64,000 bases of DNA from Candidatus Magasanikbacteria bacterium CG11_big_fil_rev_8_21_14_0_20_39_34 (GTDB lineage Bacteria; Patescibacteriota; Patescibacteriia; Magasanikbacterales; UBA922). The first letter of the stretch is position 1, and the number at the start of each line of letters is the position of its first letter. Under the pieces are notes generated by a model, which was given only the letters and a program-made list of their open reading frames with translations, ran no database searches and had not been told where the DNA came from. Made by a program: the position numbers and the translations under genes. Positions 37,336-47,793 of this stretch are shown here, in pieces. Where the stretch lies: assembly GCA_002787355.1 (NCBI GenBank), contig PCWN01000008.1:69873-133872 (forward strand), given 5' to 3'.

Positions 37336-37410
37336 TGGTGCTCTCGCTAAGAATCGAACTTAGATCGTCGGTTCCGCAAACCGATGTTCTATCCATTGAA
37401 CTACGAGAGC
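37336..37410 (-). tRNA. tRNA-Arg-like (anticodon read as GCG), CCA encoded
   Basis: Reverse complement GCTCTCGTAGTTCAATGGATAGAACATCGGTTTGCGGAACCGACGATCTAAGTTCGATTCTTAGCGAGAGCACCA. The acceptor is a 7-bp stem GCTCTCG/CGAGAGC. The D-loop AATGGATAG is Arg-like. The anticodon stem TCGGT/ACCGA carries the loop TTGCGGA. The T-arm is CTAAG-TTCGATT-CTTAG. Confidence 0.8.
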
Positions 37411-37439
37411 ATACGCAAAAGTAGAGAAACTGTACCTCA

Positions 37440-37474
37440 AAAAAAAGAATTTGTCAATACAAATTCTCTTCTTT
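37440..37474. terminator. bidirectional rho-independent terminator downstream of the minus-strand gene at 37499..38005
   Basis: AGAATTTG tcaata CAAATTCT with an A-run upstream and a T-run downstream. Confidence 0.6.
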
Positions 37475-37498
37475 TGGAACACAAAGAATGGGAATGCC

Positions 37499-38005
37499 TT
37501 AGTGAAGCTTCCATCTTCTTACAAGCTTATCAGAAAGTGGCTCATCTTCTCTTTCTAAATTTTCTGGCAAAAAAGCACGAAGGGCATGTCGTACATCCAT
37601 AGGATCTACCTCAGAATCAATAGGAATACGAATTTTTGGTCGATACAGATCCTTGGTTTCTACAAAAAGAATCTTCACTTCCGGTGGCTGATACACAATG
37701 AAAAACTCATCCAACTCATTGTAGGAGTAAATTTTGTTTCCGACAACTATTCCGGAATCTGTAATTGCAAATTGATATTTGGGAGCAATCTGCTTAGTTT
37801 GCAAAAAAACAATAATGGCAGTAAGCACAACAATAAGAGCAAACAAAAAATTCTGTGTCTTTAAACCATAAAAAATAAACAAAAGAGAAAACAAAAAGAC
37901 CATGATATACCACCACTTTCCTCTTTGATGCTGAGTATATTCTTCCACATCCCAGATATGATAGACATCGCCAACCGGCGTATCCTCAGTAATGTATTTT
38001 GGCAT
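37499..38005 (-). CDS. hypothetical membrane protein (TM hairpin followed by a small soluble domain)
   Basis: Two adjacent TM helices (WWYIMVFLFSLLFIFYGL / FLFALIVVLTAIIVFL). The start was chosen at MPKYITEDT (CAT 38003-38005) to leave room for the divergent promoter with the LCP gene. Confidence 0.45.
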   Translation of the reverse strand: MPKYITEDTPVGDVYHIWDVEEYTQHQRGKWWYIMVFLFSLLFIFYGLKTQNFLFALIVVLTAIIVFLQTKQIAPKYQFAITDSGIVVGNKIYSYNELDEFFIVYQPPEVKILFVETKDLYRPKIRIPIDSEVDPMDVRHALRAFLPENLEREDEPLSDKLVRRWKLH

Positions 38006-38088
38006 AAAATATTTCTTTACAAGACAATTATACCATATATTCCTCATATTGCCAAAAGGGCTATTTTCCGCTATACTACACACAGACT

Positions 38089-39552
38089 ATGGAGCAAAGA
38101 AAGGTAAACTTTCTTCCAAATGACTCTGAGGGTCAAAGTTGGAAGATACAGAAATCACAGCATAGAAAAAATCGATTTTGGATTATTTCCATAATCGTTG
38201 TTTTTTTGTTGGGAGGATGTCTTACTTACGGCCTCATGCCGGCCTCAAACCCCGGGGATACACCTGAGAGTTATGATCCTATCACTCTAGAACCTGTAGA
38301 ACCTCAAGGGTTCTTCCAAAGACTAAAACATCTGGTATTTAACAAAGAAGCAAAGCTTGCTGGAGAAAAAAAGGACCGCATTAATATTCTGTTGCTTGGT
38401 ATGGGAGGGCTTGGACATGACGGGCCATATCTCACCGATACCCTTATGGTGGCCAGTATCAAACCTTCTACCAACGAAGTTGCTCTTATCTCCATTCCAC
38501 GGGATCTTGCAGTTAATATACCTGGGTATGGTATTCGAAAAATCAATAATGTAAATGCTTTTGGAGAAACAAAAAAGAAAAATTTTGGACCGGCATTTGT
38601 AAGTGATGTTTTCAAAAAGACCTTTGATCTGGATATTCACTATTATCTTCGTGTTGATTTTAAAGCATTCACTCAAATCATAGATGATATTGGAGGTGTA
38701 AAAGTAGATGTAGAAAAATCATTCGTAGATCAACAATACCCGGCACCAAATGATGCCTACCAAGTTATAAAATTTGATAAAGGCATTCAAACTATGGATG
38801 GTGATACCGCCCTCAAATTTGCACGATCTAGACATGGAAATAATGGAGAAGGTTCAGACTTTGCACGAGCAAGAAGACAACAAAAAGTTCTTCTTGCAGT
38901 AAAAGAAAAACTTATTTCCTTCAAAACCCTTATTAATCCAATTCGCATAAATAATATTCTCAATACACTTCAAGAAAATATAAGTACCAACATGTCTTTC
39001 TCTGATATCATTGGCTTCCTCAAAATGTCAAAAGATTTTGATTCTAATAACATCAGTACACTTGTACTTGACAATGGCGTGAATGGATATCTCAAAAATA
39101 CTTTTTCGGAAAATGGAGCCTACCTTCTCGAACCGGTTTCTGGAAACTATGATGATATTAAAGATGCCATGAAAAATATTTTTGATAAGGATTTTCAATC
39201 ACAGATACGAAACTTCTCTATTGGAGAAACCGTTCCAGCACAGGATAAACCGGATGTAGATACGGCAAAAATAGAAATTCAAAATGGGACTTGGCGAGCA
39301 GGACTCGCTGCACGAGTAAAAAAGACACTCAACGATAAAAACATTGATGTAACTATTCTTGGAAATACTCAAGAACGTCCCTATATGCAAAGTGGAATAT
39401 ATGATCTCAGTTCTGGAGAATTTTCCTCGACAGTAGAAGATATAGCCGATACACTCCACATTCCTATCAAAAAAAGTCCTCCTGAAAACGAAACCTATGA
39501 TTCCAAAACCCAAATTTATATTATCCTTGGTGAGGACTTTCAGGAAACCTAA
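38089..39552 (+). CDS. LytR-CpsA-Psr (LCP) family cell-envelope glycopolymer transferase with LytR_C domain
   Basis: N-terminal TM. LCP core INILLLGMGGLGHDGPYLTDTLMVASI…ISIPRDL…KINNVNAFG…DDIGGV. C-terminal LytR_C-like region. Confidence 0.85.
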   Translation: MEQRKVNFLPNDSEGQSWKIQKSQHRKNRFWIISIIVVFLLGGCLTYGLMPASNPGDTPESYDPITLEPVEPQGFFQRLKHLVFNKEAKLAGEKKDRINILLLGMGGLGHDGPYLTDTLMVASIKPSTNEVALISIPRDLAVNIPGYGIRKINNVNAFGETKKKNFGPAFVSDVFKKTFDLDIHYYLRVDFKAFTQIIDDIGGVKVDVEKSFVDQQYPAPNDAYQVIKFDKGIQTMDGDTALKFARSRHGNNGEGSDFARARRQQKVLLAVKEKLISFKTLINPIRINNILNTLQENISTNMSFSDIIGFLKMSKDFDSNNISTLVLDNGVNGYLKNTFSENGAYLLEPVSGNYDDIKDAMKNIFDKDFQSQIRNFSIGETVPAQDKPDVDTAKIEIQNGTWRAGLAARVKKTLNDKNIDVTILGNTQERPYMQSGIYDLSSGEFSSTVEDIADTLHIPIKKSPPENETYDSKTQIYIILGEDFQET

Positions 39553-39589
39553 TTGAATTTACATTTATTATTCGTTTTAAGATCATTTT

Positions 39590-40981
39590 ATGGCAACACC
39601 GGGACATATCGAAAATACAGAACTTCCAGTAATAGCACTTGTTGGTCGTGTCAATGTTGGAAAATCAACACTTTTTAATACGCTTATTGAACAGGCCAAG
39701 GCTATCGTGTCCGCAATTCCAGGAACCACCCGTACCAATAATGAAGGGTACGTCATCTGGCAAGGAAAACATGCAAAGGTCATAGATACCGGTGGGCTTA
39801 CTTTTGATATGAATATTCCTCTTGAAGACGATATCATAAAGCAGAGTGAAGCCGCAGTAAAACTTGCTGATGTTATTTTATTTGTAACGGATTCACAAAC
39901 AGGAATATTGCCACAAGAGTTGGAGCTTGCAAAACGACTCCGAAAAATAAAAGATAAAACAATTTTTGTTTTAGCCAACAAAGCAGACAGTGTAAAAAAA
40001 GAAGCAAACATTTATACGGGAGGTTGGGAAAAGCTTGGCTTGGGTGAGGTCATTCCTGTTTCTGCCGCCAGTGGACGCAATACCGGTGATCTTCTTGATC
40101 TGATATTTGAAACTCTTGAAAAGCAAGGCATAAAAACAAAAGTTCCCCCAATGGAAAAAGAAATTCAAATCGCTCTCATTGGAAAACCAAACGTAGGAAA
40201 ATCATCCCTCTTCAACAAAATAATTGGTGAAGACAAAGTGATTGTAAGTGATATGGCTCATACAACACGCGAACCCTATGACACTCTCATAAAATACCCC
40301 TACACAGATGGTGACTCAACAAAAGAAGTCCTGATCAATTTTGTAGATACAGCAGGTATTCGAAGAAAATCTCGCGTTGGGGGTTCACTTGAAAAAGTTG
40401 GCATCCACAAAAGTATTGATTCCATTGAAAAATCTGACATTATTCTCTTTGTCATTGATGGAACAGAAGTTATCTCCGCACAAGATATGCAACTTGGTGG
40501 ACTCCTTGAACGTAGATCGAAAAGTGCCATAATTCTCGTAAACAAGTGGGATCTTGCAGATGATTCGAGCGATCATGCACGAAATCAAATAACTAAAAAA
40601 GTGTACTCATATTTCCCTCATCTTAATTTTGCTCCTATACTTTTTGTAAGCGGAAAAACGGGTCTAAAAGTACACCAAGTATTCCCCATGATTATGAAGG
40701 TTTGGAAAAGTAGACATACAAAAATAGCAAATCGTGGTTTGGAAAAATTTTTGGAAGGAGTTCTCAAACAACACCAACCAGCGCGTGGAAAAGGAACCCG
40801 CCAACCAAAGGTTTTGGGATTTCACCAAATTGCCACAGCTCCACCAATTTTTGAGCTTTTCATAAAGTACAGAACATCGCTCCATAGATCTTATCTTAAC
40901 TTCTTGGAAAATAGACTTCGTGAACAATTTGATTTTATTGGAACTCCTATTGTGATAAAATTAAAGAAGGTAAAAAGATAA
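39590..40981 (+). CDS. der: ribosome-associated GTPase Der (EngA)
   Basis: Two tandem G domains (GRVNVGKSTLFN / DTGG; GKPNVGKSSLFN / DTAG / NKWD) followed by a KH-like C-terminal domain. Confidence 0.9.
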   Translation: MATPGHIENTELPVIALVGRVNVGKSTLFNTLIEQAKAIVSAIPGTTRTNNEGYVIWQGKHAKVIDTGGLTFDMNIPLEDDIIKQSEAAVKLADVILFVTDSQTGILPQELELAKRLRKIKDKTIFVLANKADSVKKEANIYTGGWEKLGLGEVIPVSAASGRNTGDLLDLIFETLEKQGIKTKVPPMEKEIQIALIGKPNVGKSSLFNKIIGEDKVIVSDMAHTTREPYDTLIKYPYTDGDSTKEVLINFVDTAGIRRKSRVGGSLEKVGIHKSIDSIEKSDIILFVIDGTEVISAQDMQLGGLLERRSKSAIILVNKWDLADDSSDHARNQITKKVYSYFPHLNFAPILFVSGKTGLKVHQVFPMIMKVWKSRHTKIANRGLEKFLEGVLKQHQPARGKGTRQPKVLGFHQIATAPPIFELFIKYRTSLHRSYLNFLENRLREQFDFIGTPIVIKLKKVKR

Positions 40982-40997
40982 GTTCGCTTTCTTCTTA

Positions 40998-41543
40998 TTG
41001 AAAATTATGAAACTCGTAGTTGGGTTGGGAAACCCAGGAAAAAAATATGAAAAAACACGTCACAACGTGGGTTTTATGATTCTTGATAAACTAAAGGAAA
41101 AACTTCCCGATACAGACAACTGGTCTTTAAGCAAAAAATTTAATGCGAGTATCTGTGGTTATACCAAAAATGGAGAAAAAATTATTCTTGCCAAACCAAT
41201 GACATATATGAATGCATCGGGTCAATCCGTTGCAATTATTGCACATTTTTATAAAATAACAGAACGTGATCTTATTGTTGTTCACGATGAAAAAGATCTT
41301 GAACTTGGACAAATAAAGGTACAAACAAATAGAGGCCACGCTGGACACAATGGGATCAAATCCATAATGGAAAATATAGGAACAAAAGAGTTTACTCGTA
41401 TACGTGTAGGCATTGCCAGCACAAACAAAAAAAAGATGGATGATACCGCTAATTTTGTTCTTGGTAAGTTTGGCATAATGGAAAAAAAGGCACTGCGTAT
41501 TACTATTGATACCGCAGTTGAAGAAATTCTTAGGCTTCTTTGA
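40998..41543 (+). CDS. pth: peptidyl-tRNA hydrolase
   Basis: MKLVVGLGNPGKKYEKTRHNVGF… with the catalytic His and GHNG motifs. Confidence 0.9.
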   Translation: MKIMKLVVGLGNPGKKYEKTRHNVGFMILDKLKEKLPDTDNWSLSKKFNASICGYTKNGEKIILAKPMTYMNASGQSVAIIAHFYKITERDLIVVHDEKDLELGQIKVQTNRGHAGHNGIKSIMENIGTKEFTRIRVGIASTNKKKMDDTANFVLGKFGIMEKKALRITIDTAVEEILRLL

Positions 41544-41579
41544 TACAAAATATCTTTTGCAAATATACATAAGGAGGGT

Positions 41580-42668
41580 ATGCAAAAAGAAATTCTTTTT
41601 AACTATTTTTCAAAATATTCTTTCAAACGCTATCTCACACTTCTCAAAGTTTTTCATACTTTGGAAAATGCTTGGAATGCTAATGCCTCGGAACTCCAAC
41701 AAACGGGATGGCAGCCTGAAATTATTCAGGCCTTTTTAGATTTTAAAAAAAGCATTGACGAAGAACACATTCAAAAGACACTTGAAAAAGAAAATATAAA
41801 AGTTATCACAAAAGAAAGTCCACTCTATCCTGAACTTCTTAAATATATTTTTGATCCTCCCCTCTGTCTTTTTTTCCGAGGGAATCTCAAAAATACTGCT
41901 CCATCCCTTGCTGTAGTAGGAACACGAAAGTACACATCCTACGGAAGAAGAGTAACTGAAGATATGGTAAAACAGCTTACTCGATACGGAATAAGCATCA
42001 TAAGTGGGCTTGCTCTTGGAATTGATGGTATTGCACATAAAGCAGCCCTTGAAGAAAATGGATATACCCTTGCTGTCTTGGGAAGTGGTGTAGATGACAA
42101 AAGTATTACCCCAACCATACATATTTCGCTTGCAAGAAGGATACTCGACTCTGACGGATGTATTCTCAGTGAATATCCACCAGGCACTCAAGCTACCCGA
42201 TATTCCTTCCCCATGAGAAATAGACTTATTGCGGGTATGACGCTTGGAACGCTTGTTATAGAAGCACCCGAAAAATCGGGTTCTCTTATCACCGCCCAAT
42301 GTGCTCTGGAAAGCGGTCGTGAAGTCTTTGCTATACCCCAAAATATTTATGCCCCCACGGCAGACGGCCCCAACAAGCTCATACAATTGGGCGCAAACTG
42401 TATTACCAATGCAGAAGATATTCTCAATACTCTCAATATTTCCCTTCCCCAAACAGAAAGGCTTTCTCCTTCTGTAAATATGCCTGAATCTTCTCTTGAG
42501 ACTGAAATTCTTGCTTGTCTTTCTTTACAGCCCCACCATGTAGATGAAATTACAAAAAAAATTTCTCATTCCAACAAAGATATTCTTGCTACCTTGACAA
42601 TTATGGAAATGAAGGGTATGGTGAGGAACCTTGGGGGTATGACCTATAGTATTTTGGGCAAGATTTGA
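41580..42668 (+). CDS. dprA: DNA-processing protein DprA (Smf)
   Basis: Rossmann-like DprA core (LAVVGTRKYTSYGRRV…ISGLALGIDGIAHKAAL…LGSGVD…EYPPGT) plus a C-terminal winged-helix region. Confidence 0.85.
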   Translation: MQKEILFNYFSKYSFKRYLTLLKVFHTLENAWNANASELQQTGWQPEIIQAFLDFKKSIDEEHIQKTLEKENIKVITKESPLYPELLKYIFDPPLCLFFRGNLKNTAPSLAVVGTRKYTSYGRRVTEDMVKQLTRYGISIISGLALGIDGIAHKAALEENGYTLAVLGSGVDDKSITPTIHISLARRILDSDGCILSEYPPGTQATRYSFPMRNRLIAGMTLGTLVIEAPEKSGSLITAQCALESGREVFAIPQNIYAPTADGPNKLIQLGANCITNAEDILNTLNISLPQTERLSPSVNMPESSLETEILACLSLQPHHVDEITKKISHSNKDILATLTIMEMKGMVRNLGGMTYSILGKI

Positions 42669-42737
42669 CAGTATAGCCAAATTTGACTATAGTAAATAGA
42701 AAAAATCCCCTTTATTGAGACAAAAAACCTCTAAACT

Positions 42738-45047
42738 ATGGGAAAAACCCTTGTTATCGTAGAATCCCCCACAAAAGCGAAAACCATCTCGAAATTCCTT
42801 GGTTCTTCCTATTTTGTGGAATCTTCTTTTGGTCATATTCGTGATCTGCCCAAAAGCAAAATGGGAATAGATATTGAAGGAGGAACCTTTGAACCAACCT
42901 ATACCATTCCTCGTGATAAAAGCAAGCAAGTCAAAAAACTCAAAGACCTCGCAGCAAAATGTGATGACATCATATTTGCAACGGATGAGGACCGCGAAGG
43001 AGAAGCCATTTCTTGGCATCTTGCACATGTTCTGGACGTAAAACCAGAAAACTCAAAAAGAATTGTTTTTCACGAAATTACCAAATCTGCAATAGAAGAA
43101 GCGCTCAAACATCCAAGAAATATTGATAAAAAGTTGGTAGACGCACAACAAGCCAGACGGGTACTAGACCGCCTCGTAGGATATGAGCTCTCCCCTTTCC
43201 TTTGGAAAAAGGTCGCTCGTGGCCTTTCCGCCGGCCGTGTACAATCTGTTGCGGTAGCCCTTATTGTGGAAAGAGAAAAAGAAATTCGGGCCTTTAACCC
43301 AGAAGAATATTGGAGCCTTGGTGCAAAGTTTCAAAAACAACAAAGCGAACACATTATAGAGTCCAAACTCTACAGTATTGATGGGAAAAAAGTAGCAAAA
43401 TTAGACCTGAAAAATAAAGAGCAGGTTGATAGTATTCTTGCAGATCTCAATGGTGTTTCCTATTCCATAGAAAAAATTGAAAAGAAACAAACAAAACGAA
43501 ATCCTCCTCCCCCGTTTCAAACATCTACTCTTCAGCAAACAGCAAACAATAAGTTTGGATATTCTTCTAAACAAACCATGCGTATTGCACAACAACTCTA
43601 TGAAGGTATTTCTATTGGTGCTGAGGGTTCTGTGGGTTTAATTACCTACATGAGAACAGATTCTCTTAATCTTTCTGAAAAATTTCTTCAAGAAGCAAAA
43701 ACATTTGTTGGCTCAAAGTACGGAGAAAAATATAGTCTTGAAAAACCAAGATTTTATAAAACAAAATCCAAAAGTGCCCAAGAAGCTCATGAAGCAATTC
43801 GTCCAACGGATCCAGCCAAAACTCCAGAAAGCCTTAAAGATTACCTCGATCCAAGTCAATTAAAAGTATACAGCCTTATCTGGAAACGTGCTCTTGCCAC
43901 ACAGATGGCACAGGCGGTTCTTGACAAGACAAATGTAGATATTAAAGAAAACAAAGAAAAATATCTCTTTCGAGCAAATGGGCAGACCATTCAGTTTGAT
44001 GGATGGCTCAAACTTTATCCAGAAGCAACCAAACAAGAAATGCTTCCGGAACTATCCGAAAAGGAAGCGCTTAATCTCATAGACCTCCAATCTGAACAAC
44101 ACTTCACCCAACCACCAGCTCGATATTCTGATGCTACTCTGGTAAAAGCACTTGAAGAACATGGTATTGGGAGACCGTCTACGTATGCTCCAACCATTGG
44201 AACGATAGAAGCAAGAAGCTATGTAGAAAGAGATGAAAATAAAAGACTCAAACCTCTTGATGTTGCCTTTATTGTCACTGAACTTTTGCAAACACACTTT
44301 AAACTCATTGTAGATTTAGGTTTCACAGCACAAATGGAAGAAAATCTGGATGAAATTGCCGAAGGAAAAAAAGATTGGCAGCCAATTATTTCTACTTTCT
44401 ATCATCCATTTCATGAAAACCTTGAAGAAAAGCTTGAAAATATTTCTCGTGATGATATTTCAAAAACACGAGAGCTTGGGATAGACCCAAAAACACAAAA
44501 ACCCGTTTCTGCACGTATTGGAAGATTTGGTCCCTATGTACAACTTGGAGCAAAAGAAGATGAAGAAAAACCACGCTTTGCCTCCATTCCAAAAGGAAAA
44601 GAGCTCTCTACCATTACTCTTGAAGAGGCGCTTCACTTGCTCTCTCTTCCAAGAACACTGGGGCAAACAAATGAAGGAAAAGATATTATTGCCAATGTAG
44701 GAAGATTTGGTCCATATATCCAGGTAGAAAAAAATTATTACTCCCTCAAAAAGTATGAAAAGGATCCTTTCACCATTACGTTTGAAGAAGCAGAAGAAAT
44801 CATAAAACTTTCAGAAGAAGAACAAAAAAATAAAATCATAAAAACATTTGATGGAACTGATATTCAAATTCTGCGTGGCCCCTATGGACCCTATATTACC
44901 AATGGAGAAAAAAATGCTCGTATTCCCAAGGATCAAAAGGAAAACCCAGAAAAGATAACCCAAGCAGAATGTGAAGCACTCCTTGAAAAGGCAAAACCAA
45001 AAAGAAAACGAAAAGCACCAGCCAAAAAGAAGAAAAACTCCGGATAA
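42738..45047 (+). CDS. topA: DNA topoisomerase I
   Basis: TOPRIM N-terminus MGKTLVIVESPTKAKTISKFLG. Active-site region …ITYMRTDS. C-terminal repeats and a Lys-rich tail. Confidence 0.95.
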   Translation: MGKTLVIVESPTKAKTISKFLGSSYFVESSFGHIRDLPKSKMGIDIEGGTFEPTYTIPRDKSKQVKKLKDLAAKCDDIIFATDEDREGEAISWHLAHVLDVKPENSKRIVFHEITKSAIEEALKHPRNIDKKLVDAQQARRVLDRLVGYELSPFLWKKVARGLSAGRVQSVAVALIVEREKEIRAFNPEEYWSLGAKFQKQQSEHIIESKLYSIDGKKVAKLDLKNKEQVDSILADLNGVSYSIEKIEKKQTKRNPPPPFQTSTLQQTANNKFGYSSKQTMRIAQQLYEGISIGAEGSVGLITYMRTDSLNLSEKFLQEAKTFVGSKYGEKYSLEKPRFYKTKSKSAQEAHEAIRPTDPAKTPESLKDYLDPSQLKVYSLIWKRALATQMAQAVLDKTNVDIKENKEKYLFRANGQTIQFDGWLKLYPEATKQEMLPELSEKEALNLIDLQSEQHFTQPPARYSDATLVKALEEHGIGRPSTYAPTIGTIEARSYVERDENKRLKPLDVAFIVTELLQTHFKLIVDLGFTAQMEENLDEIAEGKKDWQPIISTFYHPFHENLEEKLENISRDDISKTRELGIDPKTQKPVSARIGRFGPYVQLGAKEDEEKPRFASIPKGKELSTITLEEALHLLSLPRTLGQTNEGKDIIANVGRFGPYIQVEKNYYSLKKYEKDPFTITFEEAEEIIKLSEEEQKNKIIKTFDGTDIQILRGPYGPYITNGEKNARIPKDQKENPEKITQAECEALLEKAKPKRKRKAPAKKKKNSG

Positions 45048-45127
45048 TCCCGGGGTTTTCTATAGGTATTTTCCTTTGATTTTTTTCAAAAAAATTCCTT
45101 GTCATTGGAAAAGAAAAATGGTATAAA

Positions 45128-46618
45128 TTGAGAAGGAATCATAGCACTTCTATGGAACAAACTATTGAAGGCCTCATAAAAAAAATTGAAAGCTACCGAA
45201 AAGAAGCGGATTTGGACATGATACGCCTGGCTTATGATTTTGCCAAAGCTGCACATGAGGGACAATTTAGGAAATCCGGTGAACCCTATATTATCCATCC
45301 CCTAGCAACAGCACATATCCTTGCAGATATGCGCATAGATCCCATTATTATCACCGCAGCACTCCTCCATGATGTTCCAGAAGATACCGATGTAACTATT
45401 GAGGAGGTTGAGGAAAATTTTGGGAGTGAGATAGCCGGACTTGTTCGTGGAATTACCAAACTCGGAAAGCTAAAATATCGAGGTGTTGAAAGATACTTAG
45501 AGAATCTTCGAAAAATGTTTGTGGCCATGGCAGAAGATGTCCGAGTCATGATTATTAAGTTTGCAGACAGAATACATAATCTTCAAACACTTCACGCACT
45601 CCCGGCAGAAAAAAGGTACCGCATTGCCTTGGAAAGCTTGGAAATTTATGCCCCTATTGCACATCGTCTTGGAATGGGAGAAATGAAAGGAGAACTGGAA
45701 GATCTTTCTTTTCGATATATCTATCCCAAGGAATTCCAACGTATTAAAAAAATGCGTGACGAAAAACTCAAAGAAAAAGAACGATACTTCGAACAAATGT
45801 GTGAAAAGGCAGCAGCAGAATTAAAAAAAGCAAATATTCCGGTTCTCTCCATCCAAGGAAGAAATAAAAGATTATACAGTTTTTACCAGAAACTTTTGCG
45901 AAAAGATAACCAAAGTACCAGCATCTATGATCTTGTAGCAATTAGAATTATTGTTCCAACCCTTGCTGACTGTTATGCAGCCCTTGGTATTCTTCACAAA
46001 GTTTGGAAACCCTTGAAAGGACGTATCAAAGACTATATTTCTCAAGCAAAACCCAATGGCTACCAGTCTCTTCATACCACGGTATTTGGAGATGGTGGAG
46101 AAATCTTGGAATTTCAAATCCGAACACAAGAAATGCACGAAGAGGCAGAATTTGGTGTTGCCGCACACTGGCATTATGATGAGAGAGGAAGACACATGCC
46201 CAAACAAGAAATTAAATGGGCACAAGAGCTTGCAGAGATACAAAAGGATATCCTTACCAAGTTAGCGGATCTAGACGAAATAAAAGTAGATTTTTTACAA
46301 TCAAGAATCTTTGTTTTTACCCCACAAGGAGACGTGATTGACCTGCCGGAAGGATCCTCTCCTGTAGATTTTGCCTATCACATCCACACCGAAATTGGTG
46401 ATAAATGTAGTGGTGCAATGGTGAACGAAAAATACGTTTCTCTCAATACAGAGCTTCAAAATGGTGATGTCGTTGAGATTATCATGGATAAAAATAGAAA
46501 AGCACCCAATCAAGAATGGTTGGACTTTGTGAAAACACACACCGCAAAATCTCATATAAAGGCCGCAAAAAATAAATCTCTCACTGACTGGATAAAATCA
46601 GTATTACCAAAAAAATAA
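45128..46618 (+). CDS. rel: bifunctional (p)ppGpp synthetase/hydrolase Rel (RelA/SpoT family, short form)
   Basis: HD hydrolase motifs (HPLATAHILA…LLHDVPEDT…KFADRIHNLQTL). Synthetase motifs (…IRIIV…NGYQSLHTTV…). TGS domain at the C-terminus. At 496 aa it apparently lacks a C-terminal ACT/RRM domain. Confidence 0.85.
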   Translation: MRRNHSTSMEQTIEGLIKKIESYRKEADLDMIRLAYDFAKAAHEGQFRKSGEPYIIHPLATAHILADMRIDPIIITAALLHDVPEDTDVTIEEVEENFGSEIAGLVRGITKLGKLKYRGVERYLENLRKMFVAMAEDVRVMIIKFADRIHNLQTLHALPAEKRYRIALESLEIYAPIAHRLGMGEMKGELEDLSFRYIYPKEFQRIKKMRDEKLKEKERYFEQMCEKAAAELKKANIPVLSIQGRNKRLYSFYQKLLRKDNQSTSIYDLVAIRIIVPTLADCYAALGILHKVWKPLKGRIKDYISQAKPNGYQSLHTTVFGDGGEILEFQIRTQEMHEEAEFGVAAHWHYDERGRHMPKQEIKWAQELAEIQKDILTKLADLDEIKVDFLQSRIFVFTPQGDVIDLPEGSSPVDFAYHIHTEIGDKCSGAMVNEKYVSLNTELQNGDVVEIIMDKNRKAPNQEWLDFVKTHTAKSHIKAAKNKSLTDWIKSVLPKK

Positions 46619-46652
46619 AAAGGACATTCAAAATTGAATGTCCTTTTTTTTG
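46619..46652. terminator. bidirectional rho-independent terminator between convergent rel and dnaJ
   Basis: AGGACATTCAA aa TTGAATGTCCT followed by TTTTTTTT. Confidence 0.65.
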
Positions 46653-46661
46653 TTTGTAAAA

Positions 46662-47768
46662 TTATTTTTCTAATTCATCTTGAAGTTCTTCCAAAAGTTT
46701 TTTCACTTTGCGAGAAACTTTTTTTGGAATATCTACAATGACTTGAACATAATGATCCCCTCGTCCACTTCCTTGCAAATGCGGGACACCAAGTCCTTTA
46801 AGACGCAACTGTTGATGTGATGCAGTTCCGGATGGAATGACCAACTTCTTTTCTCCATCCAAAGTAGGGATATCAATTTTATCTCCCAATACGGCCTGAG
46901 AGTAGCTTATCCTTGCCTTACTGTACACATCATATTCTTTCCGTACAAACTCTTTATGTGGCTTGATATGCACTACAACATACAAATCTCCAGCCTGTCC
47001 ACCCGCACCAGGATACTCACCATGAGAGGAAAGACGAATAGAGGCTCTATCATGAATCCCTGCAGGCACCTTTACCTTCAAAGTGCTGTCACTTCTTTTT
47101 ACCCCGTCCCCACCACAATGTTTACATTTTTTTTCAATAATCTGTCCGCTTCCTGCACAATTTGGACAATCTGAAACTGCTTGCATGGCGCCAAACATAG
47201 TTTGTTGCACTCTTCTCACTTGTCCTTTTCCACCACAACTCTCACAAGTTTTATGTGAGCTTCCCGGTTCTGCGCCAGATCCTGTACATACATCACAAGG
47301 ATTATTTTTTGCCAGTTTAATTTCCTTTTCTGTCCCAAAAGCAGCATCCTCAAAACTCACTTCAATATCTACCTGTATATCTCTTCCACGCCGTTGACCA
47401 CGTTGTCCCCCACGTCCACCACCAAACCCAAACATCTCACCAAAAATATCCCCAAGGTCAATTCCACCAAAATTCATGCCACCAAAGTCTCCTCCTTGTC
47501 CTCGTGAAGCACGCATAAAGTCATCCCAATTTGCTCCACCACCAAAACCACCTTGCTGGTCAAAGTCAGCACCAAACTGATCATATTGCTTTCTTTTTTG
47601 TGCATCACCCAATACCTGGTACGCTTCATTGACTTCCTTAAATTTTTCTTCATCTCCACCCTTTTTATCTGGATGATACTTGTGTGCCATCTTTCGAAAA
47701 GCTTTTTTTATTTCTTCTTCAGACGCCCCTTTCTCAACCCCGAGTGTTTTGTAGTAGTCTTTTGACAT
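46662..47768 (-). CDS. dnaJ: chaperone DnaJ
   Basis: J domain with HPD (KYHPDK). G/F-rich linker. Four CxxCxGxG zinc-finger repeats. C-terminal substrate-binding domains. The start was chosen at [10 protein letters not shown] (CAT 47766-47768). Confidence 0.9.
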   Translation of the reverse strand: MSKDYYKTLGVEKGASEEEIKKAFRKMAHKYHPDKKGGDEEKFKEVNEAYQVLGDAQKRKQYDQFGADFDQQGGFGGGANWDDFMRASRGQGGDFGGMNFGGIDLGDIFGEMFGFGGGRGGQRGQRRGRDIQVDIEVSFEDAAFGTEKEIKLAKNNPCDVCTGSGAEPGSSHKTCESCGGKGQVRRVQQTMFGAMQAVSDCPNCAGSGQIIEKKCKHCGGDGVKRSDSTLKVKVPAGIHDRASIRLSSHGEYPGAGGQAGDLYVVVHIKPHKEFVRKEYDVYSKARISYSQAVLGDKIDIPTLDGEKKLVIPSGTASHQQLRLKGLGVPHLQGSGRGDHYVQVIVDIPKKVSRKVKKLLEELQDELEK

Positions 47769-47793
47769 GACAAAATGATTAACAATAAACAAA

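Noticed and set aside
45040-45062. Short CCGG-ataat-CCGG hairpin plus T-run after topA as a terminator
   Set aside because: The stem is only 4-5 bp. It may contribute, but it is too weak to report confidently.
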